Shown here: piece after piece, positions 60,091 through 64,000 of the stretch
Layout: every line of letters starts with the position of its first letter
Position numbering within the stretch: the stretch's first letter is position 1
Assembly (NCBI GenBank): GCA_023251555.1
Contig: JAHEYN010000008.1
Location: forward strand, 11,535 to 75,534
Direction: 5' to 3'
From: Bacteroidota bacterium
GTDB lineage: Bacteria > Bacteroidota > Bacteroidia > AKYH767-A > JAHEYN01
DNA length: 64,000 nt
Translations under genes and position numbers: made by a program
Notes under the pieces: generated by a model
What the model was told of the DNA's origin: nothing
What the model saw: the letters and a program-made list of their open reading frames with translations, nothing else
The model's database searches: none

Positions 60091-60786
60091 ATGAAACACC
60101 TGATTATCATCCAGGCCAGGATGGGCTCGAGCAGGTTACCCGGCAAGTCCCTCAGTCTTCTTAAAGGGAAACCTTCCCTCCTTCATCTTTCCGAATCACT
60201 GCTTCAGGCTTTTCAAAAAGAAAGTATCCTGGTTGCAACCACGGAAAAAAGCAAGGATGACCCGATCTGCCTGCTTTGTGAAAATGCCGGGTTGCAATAC
60301 TACCGGGGGGACGAAGAACATGTGGCACTCCGCTTTTACGCGGCATTGAATATCTACAAGCCTGTTTTTTTTGTAAGACTTAACGGCGACAGCCCCTTGT
60401 TCGACTACCGGATCCTGCGCGGGGCCATCGACAATAACTCTAACTCAGATATCATCACAACGGTAAGTGATAAACCCTATCCTTCAGGAATGAATTTCGA
60501 GATAATAAGAACTTCCGTATTTCTCAATGCTTATCCCCGCTTCAGCACCCAGCCCCAAAGGGAACACGTAACAAAATTCTTTTATGAACACCCGGGGAAT
60601 CTGAAATTTACCAGGCTCGTCTCTCCCGTTGAAAACTCCAGCCGGTATAAGTTCACCATTGATACCCGGGAAGATTTGCTGCGCATAACAAAAATATTTG
60701 AAGCCATGGACAAGCCTCACTATTGTTATTCTTTGCAGGAAAAATGTGAACTTTATAAAAAATTATTCCCGGATAAAAATGCTTAA
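60091..60786 (+). CDS. cytidylyltransferase-family protein (CMP-sugar/acylneuraminate cytidylyltransferase-like, SpsF-like)
   Basis: IIIQARMGSSRLPGK N-terminal motif typical of the CTP_transf_3 family. Confidence 0.65.
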   Translation: MKHLIIIQARMGSSRLPGKSLSLLKGKPSLLHLSESLLQAFQKESILVATTEKSKDDPICLLCENAGLQYYRGDEEHVALRFYAALNIYKPVFFVRLNGDSPLFDYRILRGAIDNNSNSDIITTVSDKPYPSGMNFEIIRTSVFLNAYPRFSTQPQREHVTKFFYEHPGNLKFTRLVSPVENSSRYKFTIDTREDLLRITKIFEAMDKPHYCYSLQEKCELYKKLFPDKNA

Positions 60787-61777
60787 AGCAGGTATCATAG
60801 GCCTTGGAGTGGGAGAAGCACACATTGCAGGGTATCATTCACACCCGGATTGCAAAGTAGTTGCCCTCTGTGATTTCAATGAAGATGTTCTTAAACAGAT
60901 GGGCAGGAAATACCCCGGCATGAAAGTCACACCTCATCCTGACGAGATACTTGAAGATCCTTCTATAAATGTGGTTTCAATTGCTTCATATGATAATTTT
61001 CATCATGAACAGATTATCAAAGCCATACAGCACGGGAAACACATCTTTGTCGAAAAACCAATATGCATCTATGAAGAAGAAGCCGTTGATATACGGAAAC
61101 ACCTGCAAAAGCATCCCGGAATAAAAATATCATCTAACCTCATTCTGAGGAAATCTCCCAGGTTTAAACTACTTAAATCCATGATTGATGAAGGAAAATT
61201 CGGGAACCTCTTTTACATGGAAGGAGATTATAATTACGGGAGAATTCACAAAATTGTCAGCGGGTGGAGGGGAAAGATCGATTTTTATTCGGGAGTTTAC
61301 GGAGGCGGAGTTCATCTGGTAGACCTCTTCCTGTGGCTTAGCGGAGGCAGGGTTGAAGAAGTTTCGGCATACGGCAATAACATCGCTTCGGCCGGAACCG
61401 GGTTTAAATACAATGACCTGGTTGCAAGCATCCTCAGGTTCGAGAACGGGATGCTCGGAAAAATGGCCGTGAACCTGGGCTGTGTGTTCCCGCATTTCCA
61501 TCCCTTCTCAATATACGGAACCAAAGCCTCTTTTGTGAACGGGCTGAAACAGGGCCTGCTGTGGGAATCAAGAGATCCGGCCGTTGACCCTAAGCCCATA
61601 GAAGCAGCCTACCCCGGAATTCACAAAGGCGACCTGGTTCACAATTTCATTGAGGCAATCATCCACAATACGGAACCGGAAGTGGGTGTTGATGACCTTT
61701 TCAGGTGCATGTCAGTATGCTTTGCTATCGAAAAGGCAAGCCGGACGGAAAAAGCAGTTAAGGTTACCTATATATGA
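60779..61777 (+). CDS. Gfo/Idh/MocA-family NAD(P)-dependent oxidoreductase
   Basis: KAGIIGLGVGEAHIAGY Rossmann start, EKP motif (FVEKPI). Confidence 0.85.
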   Translation: MLKAGIIGLGVGEAHIAGYHSHPDCKVVALCDFNEDVLKQMGRKYPGMKVTPHPDEILEDPSINVVSIASYDNFHHEQIIKAIQHGKHIFVEKPICIYEEEAVDIRKHLQKHPGIKISSNLILRKSPRFKLLKSMIDEGKFGNLFYMEGDYNYGRIHKIVSGWRGKIDFYSGVYGGGVHLVDLFLWLSGGRVEEVSAYGNNIASAGTGFKYNDLVASILRFENGMLGKMAVNLGCVFPHFHPFSIYGTKASFVNGLKQGLLWESRDPAVDPKPIEAAYPGIHKGDLVHNFIEAIIHNTEPEVGVDDLFRCMSVCFAIEKASRTEKAVKVTYI

Positions 61778-61862
61778 GGTTTTAGATCCTTACTCATTTC
61801 CGGCAATCCAAACCGAATGCTAACTTTGCAGCAACTTTCCATCCACCTCAATAATCACATTT

Positions 61863-62558
61863 ATGGCAGAAAACAGATTCGCTGTAATCGGTCTCGGGCG
61901 TTTCGGGACTGCTATTGCCCAAACCCTCTCCCAGAGAGGTGCCGAAGTACTTGCAATTGATAGCAACGAGGAGCGCATAGAAGACATTAAAGACGAGGTC
62001 ACCCACGCCGTAACCCTTGACTCTACTGACCTCAAAGCCCTGAAATCCCAGAATATACAGGACATGGACGCCGTGGTTGTTTCCATAGGAGAAAACTTTG
62101 AAGCACTTCTCCTCACCACCGTACTCCTGATGGAACTTGATGTGAAGAGAATCATCGCACGCGCCAACGGGAAGCACCAGCTCATGATACTCGAAAGAAT
62201 GGGAATAAAAGAAATCCTCTCCCCCGAAAATGAAGTCGGCATTGCAGTGGCAGAACGCCTGCTCAACCCCAACATTATCACCTCCCTCCAGCTGCCGGAC
62301 AATTACGAGATTGTCGAGATAAAAACACCGAAGGAACTCATTAACAGGACCCTCGCCGAGATCGGACTCAGGAATAAATACAACCTTAACCTCATCACCC
62401 TGAAGCGCGCCTTTGAATCCGTCGTGGACGGAGAACGTATCATAGATAAACATATTCTGGGTGTGCCTTCCGCTGAAACGATTCTCTACGAAGCCGATAC
62501 CATTATCGTGTTCGGAAAAGCAAAAGACATTGAACGCTTCATTGAAATAAACAAATAG
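61863..62558 (+). CDS. trkA: TrkA-N/TrkA-C domain potassium transport regulatory protein (KtrA/TrkA family)
   Basis: FAVIGLGRFGTAIAQTL Rossmann motif, C-terminal RCK_C-like region. Confidence 0.85.
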   Translation: MAENRFAVIGLGRFGTAIAQTLSQRGAEVLAIDSNEERIEDIKDEVTHAVTLDSTDLKALKSQNIQDMDAVVVSIGENFEALLLTTVLLMELDVKRIIARANGKHQLMILERMGIKEILSPENEVGIAVAERLLNPNIITSLQLPDNYEIVEIKTPKELINRTLAEIGLRNKYNLNLITLKRAFESVVDGERIIDKHILGVPSAETILYEADTIIVFGKAKDIERFIEINK

Positions 62559-63280
62559 TGGATTTTGTTTTTATCACGGGGGCAAGCCGGGGTATCGGTA
62601 AAGCCCTTGCAGAGCATCTGCTCGAAAAAGATCAAACACAGGTTACGGGAATTTCCCGTAGTTGCAGCATCATCCATCCCCGCTATCATCACATTGCTGC
62701 AGACCTCAGCAACCCGGCTGCTGCTTCTGATTTTCACTTTCCTCCCCTGGAGCAGGCAAAAAAAATTGTACTCGTAAATAACGCCGGGGCAATCACCGGC
62801 ATCAGGCATGCCGGACAGATGCAGAACAGCGACATTGTAAATGATTTCCATGTTAATCTTGTAACCCCATGCCTGCTTATTAACAACTTCCTTTCAGCTT
62901 ATTCAAAAAATACGGAGGCGGAAAAAATAATTATAAACATTAGTTCAGGGGCTGCCTCAAAACCCGTTGACGGCTGGAGTATTTATTGCGCTTCCAAGGC
63001 CGGCCTTGAAATGTTCAGCCGTACAATTGAAACGGAATTTGCTTCCGGAAGACAAAAAAATTTCAGAATCTTCTCTGTAGCTCCCGGAATTGTCGATACC
63101 TCCATGCAGGATGGAATCCGGCAGGCACATCAAAACCAGTTCAGCAGACTCGATGAATTTATTGCATACAAGCGTGAAGGAAGGCTGAAAACTCCGGCTT
63201 CCATTGCCAAAAAACTTGGGGAAGTAATTGCTTCGCCGGATCGGTTTAAAGAAACACTTCTTTCATTCAGGGAAAATTAA
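62558..63280 (+). CDS. short-chain dehydrogenase/reductase (SDR)
   Basis: TGASRGIGKA glycine motif, NNAG, catalytic YCASKAG (YxxxK). Confidence 0.85.
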   Translation: MDFVFITGASRGIGKALAEHLLEKDQTQVTGISRSCSIIHPRYHHIAADLSNPAAASDFHFPPLEQAKKIVLVNNAGAITGIRHAGQMQNSDIVNDFHVNLVTPCLLINNFLSAYSKNTEAEKIIINISSGAASKPVDGWSIYCASKAGLEMFSRTIETEFASGRQKNFRIFSVAPGIVDTSMQDGIRQAHQNQFSRLDEFIAYKREGRLKTPASIAKKLGEVIASPDRFKETLLSFREN

Positions 63281-63345
63281 CCTCCCGGTACTTTTTTATC
63301 CACTCATCATAATGATTTCTATCTTTGATACAAATAACAGATCGT

Positions 63346-64000
63346 ATGAATAACCGTATCAGGCAGGCCTGCATCATAACTTTATCCGCTCTCTCACTCC
63401 AAATTTCCGCCCAGGTAACAGAACCCTGCCTCACTGAAATCATGTTCCGCGAAAAGGCTTCAAAAGATCCTTCCCTGCTGCTGAAACGTGACAGCATAGA
63501 AAAAAAGGCTCAGGACTATATTTCACAGCATAAAGATTTTAAAACATCCTCCTCTGTCCGTGTCGTCCCGGTAGTTTTTCACATCATTCATGAATGGGGG
63601 CCTGAGAATATTTCCAGTGATCAGGTAAAAGACCAGCTAAGAATTCTCAATGAAGATTACAGGCGTTTAAATGCAGATGCCTCCGGCACCCCGGCGCCTT
63701 TTCAATCCATAGCAGCAGATTGCAAGATCGAATTCCGCCTGGCTTCTGTTGATCCTAACGGTAATTGTACCGATGGGATTGTCCGGGTGTTTTCTTCTCT
63801 CACCAACGGTCCGGCCGACCGGGACGATGTCAAAGGACTCAGTTACTGGGACAGCAACAAATATCTCAATATATGGGTAGTTAAGTATATTGACCCCAAC
63901 GGGGCTTCAGGTACTGTTCTCGGCTATGCACAGTTTCCCGGCTTTGGAAGCCCGTCCACAGATGGTGTTGTCATGAGGGCCGACCAGGTCGGCACCACCG
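63346..64000 (+). CDS. M43-family (cytophagalysin/pappalysin-like) zinc metallopeptidase, 5' partial (continues beyond window)
   Basis: Signal peptide, then VVPVVFHIIH... and the N-terminal region typical of M43B peptidases. Open to the window end. Confidence 0.6.
   Translation, partial: MNNRIRQACIITLSALSLQISAQVTEPCLTEIMFREKASKDPSLLLKRDSIEKKAQDYISQHKDFKTSSSVRVVPVVFHIIHEWGPENISSDQVKDQLRILNEDYRRLNADASGTPAPFQSIAADCKIEFRLASVDPNGNCTDGIVRVFSSLTNGPADRDDVKGLSYWDSNKYLNIWVVKYIDPNGASGTVLGYAQFPGFGSPSTDGVVMRADQVGTT

Overview
This 64 kb window looks like a Bacteroidetes chromosome segment. The evidence is dense type IX secretion (T9SS) C-terminal sorting domains, -7 promoter boxes of the Bacteroidetes TAnnTTTG type, and almost no Shine-Dalgarno sequences. 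It is largely envelope-oriented: genes are tightly packed, often with overlapping stops and starts. Roughly a quarter to a third of the coding sequence is housekeeping and the rest is envelope or secretion related.

Housekeeping genes: purA, tatC, lptB, purS, pssA-like, lnt, lpdA, hemH, pabB-like, rluD, rdgB, beta-carbonic anhydrase, dsbD, trkA, an SDR, a Gfo/Idh/MocA oxidoreductase, and a Fur-family regulator.

Envelope and secretion genes: a PorV-family FadL-like outer-membrane protein immediately upstream of a 1712-aa PorU-like C25 peptidase; five T9SS cargo proteins, three of which share a conserved ~85-aa pre-CTD module; a DPP-IV-like peptidase; an OstA-like protein; a GT9 heptosyltransferase; two ArnT/PMT-like GT-C glycosyltransferases; and a 973-aa polytopic membrane protein.

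Unusual items: two nearly identical tRNA-Cys(GCA) genes in direct orientation flank a single opposite-strand gene for a 635-aa TIM-barrel-like enzyme; a 913-aa tandem fusion of two complete D-Ala-D-Ala ligase units lies in a ddl-PASTA-rluD cluster that also carries an inserted T9SS cargo gene; a di-heme plus mono-heme cytochrome c pair; and a PKD-repeat giant with a 5x FGNSLSNSPT internal repeat.

I found no CRISPR array, transposase, integrase or rRNA. All calls come from reading the translations and the DNA by eye, with no database searches.
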